Source: an uncultured Eubacteriales bacterium (GTDB taxonomy: Bacteria; Acidobacteriota; Aminicenantia; Aminicenantales; Saccharicenantaceae). Taken from it: a stretch of 64,000 nt of DNA. Every line of letters begins with the position of its first letter. The stretch's first letter is position 1. Below are positions 56,801 to 64,000 of this stretch, piece by piece. The stretch lies in assembly GCA_964423315.1 (NCBI GenBank), contig CAYREO010000016.1, positions 1,513 to 65,512 of the forward strand, given 5' to 3'. Made by a program: the position numbers and the translations under genes. Under the pieces are notes generated by a model. The model ran no database searches and was not told the DNA's origin. It worked only from the letters and a program-made list of their open reading frames with translations.

Positions 56801-57500
56801 CGGACGCAACGAGCTTGTCACCGCCGCGCTGGGAGGCCGGCTCCAGGGGCGCATCGAGCCCCATCCGCATTCCATGGTCGTGAGCTGGGACAATCCGGAC
56901 CCCGACCTCGCGCGCCTTGTGTCCTACGGCGACGCCCGGTCCGTGCGTGCCAACCTGTTCAACTTCAAGGCCGATCCTCTTAAGGTCTCCATGCGCCTTT
57001 GGCGGATCCGCGACGGTTCGTACCGCCTCCGTATGGGGACCGACCGGGACGACGACGGGTTTATCGACCGTGGCGCCCCGATCCTGCGCGACGAACGCCT
57101 GCGGTTGGGACGGTTCGCGGAGGTCCCCCTCGTCGTGCCGCCGCTCTCCAACGTCGTCGTTGAGATCGAACTCGTCAGAGGGACGACGCCTTCGGGCACC
57201 CGTCCCGACCTGGCCGTCGACCCGCTGAGAGGCATCCGCGAAGAGAACGGCACTCTCCTGGTCACGGTCCACAACATCGGGAGCGCACCCGCCCGCCGCA
57301 TCGCCGTGGACGTCCTGGACGGTGACCGGCTCGTCGAGCGCCGCATCATCCCGGAGATCGCCGCACCCCTCGACCTCGCGCCCAAGAAATTTGATATCCG
57401 ATTCGATCTCCGGGGGCACTCTTGGACGAAGGTCGTTGTCGATCCCCGCGGGGCCATCCCGGAGCTCTTCAAGGGCAATAATGAAGCCGCACGGAAGTAA
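53847..57500 (+). CDS. Giant (about 1217 aa) secreted protein with concanavalin-A-like lectin/LamG domain; remainder unknown
   Basis: Proposed TTG start at 53847 (GGAGGT RBS) giving signal peptide (M)KKAIAVAGLILALAALGKTA. LamG-like block GTLAFWIKADKL ... GEWQHVAVAYDSAFGLKLYHNGRLVAS. The ORF-track frame is open from 53676, but that extension overlaps the upstream gene. Confidence 0.55.
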   Translation: MKKAIAVAGLILALAALGKTAEDRWALGQTLHLSFDTEADILSDFLSEAHMFRTALPGQVLPNPLQTRQLEIVPGRFGGALRVKDGWSKTKGTSNESGADLDLIVATIWGDWRTKPHYWGLGKFRGDRGTLAFWIKADKLVGEPLYPLFIQTGIHWGRNERDVFRVDGDAEGRLTTSIRDIFYQYHEVKSETPVWRNGEWQHVAVAYDSAFGLKLYHNGRLVASNWGQDAWWKAPLPGLFSPFHPESLYDEIYAFERVLTEDEILRLFESNRTPEAPEPPRVLDAQARRRRLASYGPVETLDLPTFSAGESTLTMHQTRVAECADEKIPAWWVMDGRYELAWPHPYLLFTFILGDVDFHGTKVDIELEEGETANFISLEGNLDGVEVTPGKTGAGGPSPKLVDLNGYTSHFFSQRLDLGGSRHLHLPMLKGYGTPPGLVDRGTLRFPLTGEIRLHELQLWNAAVTDTAPPPDFTWVCPLEDRPRGFDIRYLDALFKLMGPDDRTILVGRAGPGLSDRPMLDIEALKAIHLFSPDLNPDLAVDRVRLTLWIVPEGPSDVLWVSLRDPANPHRLWAHSVVRVRFSEPGKPQRIDLDIDPVDLMLASEDRLWVELRFAGRQRIVTRADQAPRMGVVLSKDRSRSLAEYSRHVMIPARMQYIKEYNYQPWHFTGEQRNRPEIAFNGGSVPSAFSFISGQVPGLNYWSNFGGPYDMWYPPDAVLRHDPDNEIARIYRAITGERAQTYGGYNIRGFTPVEKVPLVPGSPAHAPAWAVWEREMYSRQLKTIHWIAGRQRADGMFWGGSNDDVFIPLGYSAVPLMGDEVSRRSFLRLYDGLEEFGVFKDGYCDIWPIDYLHITDFLTSRGLMVPYALGDPHVLEREMITARVYQGIMDRNNEDRAEAGLPPYERDSDAFQKEPKLWGESLVRDYETTQVEWYWGRTPEAEPHILGDREELARRMMAIAVRYDKIEEFEWTEALRHTDRQGGAPGRNELVTAALGGRLQGRIEPHPHSMVVSWDNPDPDLARLVSYGDARSVRANLFNFKADPLKVSMRLWRIRDGSYRLRMGTDRDDDGFIDRGAPILRDERLRLGRFAEVPLVVPPLSNVVVEIELVRGTTPSGTRPDLAVDPLRGIREENGTLLVTVHNIGSAPARRIAVDVLDGDRLVERRIIPEIAAPLDLAPKKFDIRFDLRGHSWTKVVVDPRGAIPELFKGNNEAARK

Positions 57501-57503
57501 ATC

Positions 57504-59633
57504 ATGAAAAGAACGCTTCACGCCTTGATATTCGCCGTTCTCCTCGCCGCCGCCCTGTCGCTCACGGCGACGGTCCAGGGCCCGCAATGGCTGAAGATCG
57601 AGAACGCCTTGCCGCCGTCACCGGAGGGATTCCGCGGCTTCCACTGGTGCGTACGACAGAACGAGGGTCCCTGGAAGCTCGAAGGCGGCTCCATCCACAC
57701 CCTGTTCACTCGGCCGGACGAGGATTATGCCGTCTTCGGCGAGACCGCCGCAGCCATCACCTACACCACCCGGAACTCGGTCCTCTACGGGGTCCGCATC
57801 GATATGCGGGGCCGCGACGCGGTCGCCCGCGCGGCGGCCATCGCACAAAAGGAATACCCTCCAGCTGGCCCGGTCATCCGCGTGAACGAACACGAGAGCC
57901 GCTGGCAAACGCCCCACACGTCCGTATGGGTCGCCCTGCCCGGGCGCAGAGACGGCTACGGCCAGATCTTCCTTTGGGGCCGAGACCGCGTTTTCCCTGA
58001 CGACTCCAAAAGGCCGGATTTCTTGAATCCTCCGATGGCCCTGAACCACACCTTGAAAAAGTACAAACCACGCCAGTACGTCATCTACCGGACGTCGGGC
58101 CCTATCGTCATCGACGGGGACATCCACGAAAAGGCCTGGCAGGACGCGCCATGGACGGAGCCCTTCGAAGACGCTCAGTCACCTTATTGCCCGTTGCCTT
58201 GGAAGATGACCCGGGCCAAGATCCTCTATGACGAAGACGCCCTCTACTTCGCCATCCAGCTCCAGGAAGAGAACGTCTGGGGACACCTGACCCAGCGGGA
58301 CAGCATCGTCTATTTCGACAATGACATTGAGATCTTTGTCGACCCCACCGCCGACGGCGTCAACTACTTCGAGTACGAGATGACCTGCCTGAACACGATG
58401 TTCGACATGTGGCACGAGAACGACAACCACCGGGGCGCGCTGGCTGACGGGACCTACGATTCGCCGGGACTTCGCAGCGCGGTCCGGGTCCAGGGCACGC
58501 TCAACTACCATCACGACACCGACGACGGCTGGACGGCTGAGGTCATGATCCCCTTTGTCGACATGAAGGCCGCCAACCCGGGCATGTCGCTGCCAGTCAG
58601 GCGGGGAGACATGTGGCGGATGAACTTCAGCCGGGTCCAGTACCTGCATATCTACACCCAACTTTTCCCCTACCTCCTCCCTTACAGTCCCTGCGAGGAC
58701 TGGGTCTGGAACACGACCCACAGCGGAGACCTTCACATCCCGGAGATGTGGGCCAAGGTCTTGTTCTCGGACCGGACCTCCGGACCCGTCCTGGACGACG
58801 AATTGGAGGATTCCTTCCCCATCCTCGCCCCACCGACTCCTACCACGAAAAAGACAGAGATGGTCCGCTTCCCGGCCGGGGCCTTCACCCTGGGGCCGGA
58901 CCCGACCGATCCCAAGCACAGCCCGGCCCATCGGGTCGATATCCCGGAGTTCTGGATGGACCGCTACGAGGTCACCGTCGCCGAATACACGGCCTTCCTT
59001 AACGGCGGCGGGCGCGATCAACATTACCATGACCGGATGATGATCCCCGAGTTGTGCGGTATCCTGAAGACCGGGGCCGGTAAATATCGCGTCGTCCCGG
59101 GACGCGAGCATTACCCTGTGGTCTTCGTATCCCAGGAGGATGCTATGGCCTACGCGGCCAGTTTCGGGAAAACCTTGCCGACAGAAGCCATGTGGGAAAG
59201 GGCGGCCCGAGGGTCGGAGGGTCGCCTCTACCCCTGGGGTGATGAACCTCCGACTCCCCGGAAAGCGAACTACGATTTCCATTACGGAGGGACCCTTCCT
59301 GTGGGAAGCTTGCCGGAGGGAGCGACTCCTGAGGGCCTCTTCGACATGTGCGGGAACGTCAAGGAGTGGACAACGTCACGGCTCGATCCTTACCCGGGAG
59401 GGGCGGAATACGAGCGCTGGTTCAATCAACCGTTCTTCAGGCCGCCCTTCGGCGAGAGGCCCTCGCCGTGGATCAACCGTGGGGGCGCCTGGACCAAGCA
59501 GGCCAAGTGCATCGCGGCCGGGTACCGCGATACCCAGGCCGCTCATAACACCGGATTCCGATGTGTCGCCATGAGTGACCCCGAGGCCCGTAAGGACAGG
59601 GCCAAGGGCCGAACATCGGAGGACTTTTCATGA
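57504..59633 (+). CDS. Secreted fusion protein: N-terminal CBM9-like domain + C-terminal formylglycine-generating-enzyme (FGE/SUMF1, DUF323) family domain
   Basis: Signal peptide MKRTLHALIFAVLLAAALSLTA. CBM9-like blocks IVIDGDIHEKAWQDAPW, ILYDEDALYFAIQ, DNDIEIFVDP. FGE-family blocks YEVTVAEYTAFL, LPTEAMWERAARG, RLYPWGDE, GNVKEWT, NRGGAWT ... NTGFRCVA. Confidence 0.75.
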   Translation: MKRTLHALIFAVLLAAALSLTATVQGPQWLKIENALPPSPEGFRGFHWCVRQNEGPWKLEGGSIHTLFTRPDEDYAVFGETAAAITYTTRNSVLYGVRIDMRGRDAVARAAAIAQKEYPPAGPVIRVNEHESRWQTPHTSVWVALPGRRDGYGQIFLWGRDRVFPDDSKRPDFLNPPMALNHTLKKYKPRQYVIYRTSGPIVIDGDIHEKAWQDAPWTEPFEDAQSPYCPLPWKMTRAKILYDEDALYFAIQLQEENVWGHLTQRDSIVYFDNDIEIFVDPTADGVNYFEYEMTCLNTMFDMWHENDNHRGALADGTYDSPGLRSAVRVQGTLNYHHDTDDGWTAEVMIPFVDMKAANPGMSLPVRRGDMWRMNFSRVQYLHIYTQLFPYLLPYSPCEDWVWNTTHSGDLHIPEMWAKVLFSDRTSGPVLDDELEDSFPILAPPTPTTKKTEMVRFPAGAFTLGPDPTDPKHSPAHRVDIPEFWMDRYEVTVAEYTAFLNGGGRDQHYHDRMMIPELCGILKTGAGKYRVVPGREHYPVVFVSQEDAMAYAASFGKTLPTEAMWERAARGSEGRLYPWGDEPPTPRKANYDFHYGGTLPVGSLPEGATPEGLFDMCGNVKEWTTSRLDPYPGGAEYERWFNQPFFRPPFGERPSPWINRGGAWTKQAKCIAAGYRDTQAAHNTGFRCVAMSDPEARKDRAKGRTSEDFS

Positions 59634-61051
59634 ACCGCACGAACCGTATGATGCCAATATTGCTGGCGGCGGCCCTTCTAGGACCTCTCCTCCTGGGGCA
59701 AAGTTGGGAGCCGGTTTCGGAAGCCCAGCGCCGGAAATGGAACGAAACCTACGACAAACTCGGGCTTTACGCCTCGACGGGCATGGTCAAGGCATCCGAC
59801 AGGTCTTTTCTGCGTGTCCCGAAGGAGATCGACCCGGCCTGGATGGCGGGAGTAAGCATCGCCTCCCGGCCTCCGGTCATCGCCTTCGCGCCCCTGCGCG
59901 GCCTCGACCCGATGTATTTCCCCGAGGACAACAAGAGCCTCTGGTCGAACTGGGCAGACGTCACCCGGGCCCCCAATGGGAGGTTCTACCTCGCCGCGGG
60001 CGATCACCGCGGCCGGGACGCTCGGATGTTCCTCTGGGAGTACGACCCCGTGACCGACGACATCCGGCGGGTCCTCGACTTTGCCGAATTGTGCGGGTGG
60101 AACCTGCGCGGCGTCGGAGACTCCAAGATCCACGGCGATATGGGGGCTATGCCCGACGGCACCCTCTGGATCCTGACCTATTGGGACCCCGACCCGAAGC
60201 CCACGCCGGAGGACGAAGCCAAGTGGCCTGGAAGCCACCTCGTCGTCTACGACACGTTCACCGGCCGGGCTCGGGACCTGGGGGTCGTCATGCCCAAGGC
60301 CGGCTGGCCGTATTATTCCCTCGATCCGCAGCGGGGCCGACTGTTCGCCGTCGGCTTCCGGGGGGAAGTTCTTTGCTACGACGTCATCAAGGGCGCTCCG
60401 ACGTTCCTCGGGTACCCCCCGGATGGGCTCAAGTGGGGCCTGCGCTGCACCATGCTGGATCCCGACACAGGTCTTTTCTGGACGTCCGAAGCGGTCCCCC
60501 CCCACGCCTTCATGAGCTTCGATCCCCGGACGAACATCTTCACTCGGTATCCCGAGACGACCCCGGGGGAACTCGGCGCGCAAGCCGGTTCGAACTCGCC
60601 CGTCAGGGCCCACGCTCACAAACGGTCCGAGGGCGGCTTCATCTGGATGAACAGCCACCTAGGCACGCTTTACAAGTTCTGGCCGGACACCCGGCGGACC
60701 GAGGTCATCGGCAGGCTGTGGGGGGACGAGACCTACGCCCCGCGCATCGAGATGAGCGAAGACGGACGCTACATCTACGCGATGCCCAACCTGCTGCAGA
60801 ACCATTCCTATCATCAGCCGGTCGTCCAGTTCGACACCCGGAGCCACCGCCGGAAGGTCATCGCCTTCCTCGACGACTTCCTTCACGAAACGTACGGCTA
60901 CTTCAACGGAGGGGCCCACGGCCTGGCCTTGTCGGCTGACGGCGGCACGCTCGTCTTCAATCTCAACGGCGCCTTCAAGCCCCGTATTCAACCATTTTAC
61001 GGCAACCCCGCCATCCTTGTGGTGAGGATACCAGAAAGAGAAAGGGACTGA
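59630..61051 (+). CDS. Secreted protein, member C of the 3-copy paralogous family (β-propeller-like, unknown function)
   Basis: Signal peptide MNRTNRMMPILLAAALLGPLLLG. Blocks KIHGDMGAMPDGTLWILTYWDP, RRKVIAFLDDFLHETYGY, ILVVRIPERER. ATGA overlap with the upstream FGE-fusion gene. Confidence 0.75.
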   Translation: MNRTNRMMPILLAAALLGPLLLGQSWEPVSEAQRRKWNETYDKLGLYASTGMVKASDRSFLRVPKEIDPAWMAGVSIASRPPVIAFAPLRGLDPMYFPEDNKSLWSNWADVTRAPNGRFYLAAGDHRGRDARMFLWEYDPVTDDIRRVLDFAELCGWNLRGVGDSKIHGDMGAMPDGTLWILTYWDPDPKPTPEDEAKWPGSHLVVYDTFTGRARDLGVVMPKAGWPYYSLDPQRGRLFAVGFRGEVLCYDVIKGAPTFLGYPPDGLKWGLRCTMLDPDTGLFWTSEAVPPHAFMSFDPRTNIFTRYPETTPGELGAQAGSNSPVRAHAHKRSEGGFIWMNSHLGTLYKFWPDTRRTEVIGRLWGDETYAPRIEMSEDGRYIYAMPNLLQNHSYHQPVVQFDTRSHRRKVIAFLDDFLHETYGYFNGGAHGLALSADGGTLVFNLNGAFKPRIQPFYGNPAILVVRIPERERD

Positions 61052-61075
61052 GCCCTTGGCGCAGACGCCCGGGCG

Positions 61076-63352
61076 TTGGGGACGCAGGACATGAGAGAGA
61101 GGTCCCAGGGGCCGAAAAAGGATGATCCGTTTGACCCTTTGGAGTCCCTGGATAAGTTCAATATCGTCTGGGACTCTCCCAGCCCCGATGCCTGGGGAAC
61201 GATGCCCACGGGCAACGGCGACATCGGACTGAATGTCTGGGTCGAGACCGGCGGCGACCTTCTTCTCTATATCGGAAAAACTGATGCATGGGACGACAAC
61301 GGCCGTCTCCTGAAGGTCGGACGAATCCGCATCCGCCTGTCCCCAGGCGGCCTGGCACGCACTCCGTTCTTCCGCCAGACTTTGCGCCTTCGTGACGCAA
61401 CGATCGAGGTTGTCACTCGGGGAGAACGGGGCGATGAGGCCACGGCCCTGGTCTGGGCCGACGCCCATCATCCCGTTATCCACGTTCTTATCGACAGCTC
61501 GGAGCCCGCAGAAGCCGCCGCCTCGATCGAGCTGTGGCGAACCTCCCCCACCGAGCTTCCGACGATCGAGGTCAGTGATGTCCATTACGATCACGATCTC
61601 CCCGACCACAAACACTTCCCGACCATCGTCGAGCCCGACACTCTGGTCCCGGAACGACCAGGCCGCATCGGTTGGTATCACCACAACGTCAAATCGGTCG
61701 GACCGGCGCTTTCGGCCCGTCTTCAGGACATGGAGGGGTTCGCTCAGCCCGATCCGCTCCTAGGCAGGACTTTCGGGGCCTTGATCCTGGCAGATAAAGG
61801 AAACCCGGCCGGGGATGCCGTCCTCGTCTCGCCCTCTTCCTGGACCCATCATTTCCGGATTTGTGTCCTGACCCGGCACCCGGCATCGCCCGCCTCCTGG
61901 CTGGAGGATGCGGAGTCGAAGATCGCCGATGTCGAAAGGACCCCTCTCGACGAGCGCCGGAGCTCCCATCGGCTGTGGTGGGAGGAGTTCTGGAGACGAA
62001 GCTGGATCGACGTCTGCGCCCCGAGCGGCAATGACGGCGCTTTCGTCCTCAGCCGGGCCTACGCCTTGCAGCGCTTCATCAACGCCTGCGGAGGCCGCGG
62101 GTCCTACCCCATCAAGTTCAATGGCTCGATTTTCACGGTCCCCTGCCCGGGACGCCCGGGAGACGCTGACTACCGCCTTTGGGGACCGGGCTACTGGTGG
62201 CAAAACACAAGACTGCCCTACATGGGCATGTGCACCTCAGGCGACTTTGATCTTCTCCCCTCCCTGACCGGCATGTACATCGGAGAAGCGTTGGAAATGG
62301 CCCGCTATCGGACCCGGCGCTACTTCGGTCACGAGGGGGCATATTTCAATGAGTGCATGTACTTCTGGGGGGCGGCCTTCAACGAGTCCTACGGCTGGAC
62401 GCCCCGCGAGAAACGTAAGGTCGTCGAGAATGAGAGCCGGTGGCACCGCTGGGAATGGCAGGGAGGAATCGAGCTCCTGTCGATGATGATCGACCAATTC
62501 GAGCACACGCTCGAGGTGGATTTTTTAATGGGAACCGTCCTTCCGTTCGCCCGGGATATCCTGACCTTCTACGATCTCCATTACCCGGTGGACGACCGCG
62601 GTAAGATCGTCATGGCCCCGGCCCAAGCTCTCGAAACCTGGTGGGAGTGCCGCAACCCGATGCCCGAGATCGCCGGCTTAATGTCGGTCACCGAGCGGTT
62701 GCTGGAACTGGCCGGAGCCTCGGCATGCGAAGAAGACGTCCGGCTGTGGCGGCGGCTCCACGATAAGATGCCCGCGCTCCCAACGCGGGAGGAAGCCGGG
62801 ATCAGGATGCTCGCCCCCGCCGAGAGCTTCGCCGATAAGCAGAACCTCGAGAACCCAGAACTCTATGCCGTCTTTCCTTATCGACGGATCGCCATAGGTC
62901 GAGCCGGGCTCGAGCTGGCCTTAGCTGCCCTCGAGCACCGGTGGGACAGGGGGAATTTCGGATGGTGCCAGGACGAGATCTTCATGGCCTTTCTAGGCCT
63001 GGCCGACGAAGCCAAGGTGAACATCCTGGCCCGGGCGAGCAACAAGCACGACGGCTCTCGATTCCCGGCTTTCTGGGGGCCCAATTTCGACTGGATCCCC
63101 GATCAGGACCACGGCGGCGTCCTGATCAAAGCGCTTCAGGCGATGCTGATCCAAACCGACGGCAAACGGATCTTCCTACTGCCGGCTTGGCCAGCGGATT
63201 GGGATGTCGATTTCCGGGTCCACGCCCCGTACCGTACCGTGCTCCAAGGACGCGTGAGGGCCGGGCGTATCGTGGAGCTCTCCGTCACCCCTCCCGAGCG
63301 GCAACGGGATGTCGTGGTCGGCCCAGTGCCTCCGGCCGTCACCGGCTCTTGA
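61076..63352 (+). CDS. Putative glycoside-hydrolase-like protein (GH95/α-L-fucosidase-like N-terminal β-sandwich plus (α/α)6-type C-terminal region); product uncertain
   Basis: N-terminal WDSPSPDAWGTMPTGNGDIGLNVWVET ... LLLYIGKTDAWDDNG parallels GH95 W..PA..W.EALPIGNGRLGAMVFGG ... ERIQLNEDTLWSG. No signal peptide seen. Confidence 0.4.
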   Translation: MGTQDMRERSQGPKKDDPFDPLESLDKFNIVWDSPSPDAWGTMPTGNGDIGLNVWVETGGDLLLYIGKTDAWDDNGRLLKVGRIRIRLSPGGLARTPFFRQTLRLRDATIEVVTRGERGDEATALVWADAHHPVIHVLIDSSEPAEAAASIELWRTSPTELPTIEVSDVHYDHDLPDHKHFPTIVEPDTLVPERPGRIGWYHHNVKSVGPALSARLQDMEGFAQPDPLLGRTFGALILADKGNPAGDAVLVSPSSWTHHFRICVLTRHPASPASWLEDAESKIADVERTPLDERRSSHRLWWEEFWRRSWIDVCAPSGNDGAFVLSRAYALQRFINACGGRGSYPIKFNGSIFTVPCPGRPGDADYRLWGPGYWWQNTRLPYMGMCTSGDFDLLPSLTGMYIGEALEMARYRTRRYFGHEGAYFNECMYFWGAAFNESYGWTPREKRKVVENESRWHRWEWQGGIELLSMMIDQFEHTLEVDFLMGTVLPFARDILTFYDLHYPVDDRGKIVMAPAQALETWWECRNPMPEIAGLMSVTERLLELAGASACEEDVRLWRRLHDKMPALPTREEAGIRMLAPAESFADKQNLENPELYAVFPYRRIAIGRAGLELALAALEHRWDRGNFGWCQDEIFMAFLGLADEAKVNILARASNKHDGSRFPAFWGPNFDWIPDQDHGGVLIKALQAMLIQTDGKRIFLLPAWPADWDVDFRVHAPYRTVLQGRVRAGRIVELSVTPPERQRDVVVGPVPPAVTGS

Positions 63353-64000
63353 CGTAGATCTCCCAGGCGATCGTCAGCGCGAACCATAGAAGTCCAAGCC
63401 CGACCGACCATTTCCAGAGTCCGGGCCAGGACTTGAGCCCGACCCACGGCCCCCGGACGTCGCGCAGGGTGAAAATCGTTAGATCCGCAAGCTTGTCCGG
63501 AGCCGGCGGCGGCTCCCAACGGCTGAGAACGAGGATGGCGGCGATCGAAAAGAGAAAGGAAAAGAAGCCGACGTAGGCGAAATTCAAAGTCGTTCCAACG
63601 TCTAAGACAACGGCCAGGACGATCCCCCCGACCATCCCGAAGAACGCGGCCCGGGGCGCGGCCCGGCGGGAGAAAATCCCCACCAGGTAGAGCGCCAGGA
63701 CCACGCCCAGAACATCCCCGTAGAAGCTCTGGAGGAAACCATGGCCAGTCTCGCTCTTGAACACAAACGGGACGATGGCCAGAGTGATGACCAGGACGGC
63801 GGCCGCAGAAAGCCGCGCGACACGCTTTAGATCCTTCTCCGTCGCTCCGGGCTTGATGAACCTCCGGTAGACGTCCTCAGTGAACAGGGCGCTCGAGGCG
63901 GTAAACATGCCGTCGATCGTCGAAAGCAGGGCAGCCATTAGCCCAGCAATGAGAAGACCCTTAGCCCCGGCCGGAAAATAGTCGAGGATGATTCTGGAGA
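63339..64000 (-). CDS. Sodium:solute symporter family transporter, C-terminal part (gene runs off window end)
   Basis: AALLSTIDGMFTASSALFTEDVYRRF is an SSF signature, followed by several TM helices to the stop at 63339. The frame is open to position 64000. Confidence 0.7.
   Translation of the reverse strand, partial: SRIILDYFPAGAKGLLIAGLMAALLSTIDGMFTASSALFTEDVYRRFIKPGATEKDLKRVARLSAAAVLVITLAIVPFVFKSETGHGFLQSFYGDVLGVVLALYLVGIFSRRAAPRAAFFGMVGGIVLAVVLDVGTTLNFAYVGFFSFLFSIAAILVLSRWEPPPAPDKLADLTIFTLRDVRGPWVGLKSWPGLWKWSVGLGLLWFALTIAWEIYVKSR

Noticed and set aside
58854-59633. Calling the C-terminal domain a functional formylglycine-generating enzyme
   Set aside because: By eye only one of the two catalytic Cys residues aligns, and no Cys/Ser-type sulfatase is present in the window; kept as FGE-family domain of unknown activity.
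1-64000. CRISPR arrays, rRNA/tRNA genes, transposases/integrases or phage genes
   Set aside because: No regularly spaced direct repeats, no rRNA/tRNA-like conserved segments and no transposase/integrase motifs were seen. This is not a definitive scan; a tRNAscan/Infernal run would settle it.

Overview
GC-rich window, probably from an uncultured Acidobacteriota-like bacterium, with compact operons on both strands and no rRNA, tRNA, CRISPR or transposase. Taxonomic hints: σ70-type TTGACA/TATAAT-like promoters, a CarbopepD_reg-like N-terminus, a GWxTD-domain protein. Many genes are translationally coupled by ATGA-type 4-bp overlaps. Layout in order: (i) 3'-end of a TonB-dependent receptor with a strong intrinsic terminator. 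(ii) A minus-strand operon: sulfatase-like/TPR protein, TPR protein and a small signal-peptide ORF, divergent from a GntR/FadR-type regulator. (iii) A 2-hydroxyacid dehydrogenase gene. (iv) A plus-strand operon of lipoprotein paralog A, KdgK, Eda (KDPG aldolase) and a class-III aminotransferase, converging on PIG-L deacetylase plus a NagB-like deaminase. (v) An 8-gene translationally coupled minus-strand operon: fused E1αβ TPP enzyme, thiolase, Zn-ADH, MtlD-like dehydrogenase, PfkB kinase, Gfo/Idh/MocA oxidoreductase, DegT aminotransferase, SSF symporter. (vi) A large block of secreted, mostly uncharacterisable proteins: a QW-repeat α/α-toroid protein, an 1155-aa protein, two transglutaminase-like paralogs with a BNR motif, a 3-member paralog family of ~475-520 aa β-propeller-like proteins (A/B/C), two tandem α/β-hydrolase (S9-like) paralogs, an M20 peptidase, Zn-ADH, an Nramp-like transporter, Gfo/Idh/MocA, a lipoprotein, a GWxTD/TPR protein, a neutral-ceramidase-like protein, a PfkB kinase, three CBM9-like domains (one fused to an FGE-family domain that lacks the catalytic Cys pair), a 1274-aa LamG-domain giant, and a GH95-like protein. 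(vii) A partial SSF symporter at the window edge. Divergent intergenic regions share σ70-like promoters whose spacer/-10 region carries a recurring ATATGATATAT-type palindromic motif, a candidate common operator. Overall it looks like a glycan and amino-sugar (possibly sulfated glycoconjugate) foraging island built largely from novel secreted protein families.
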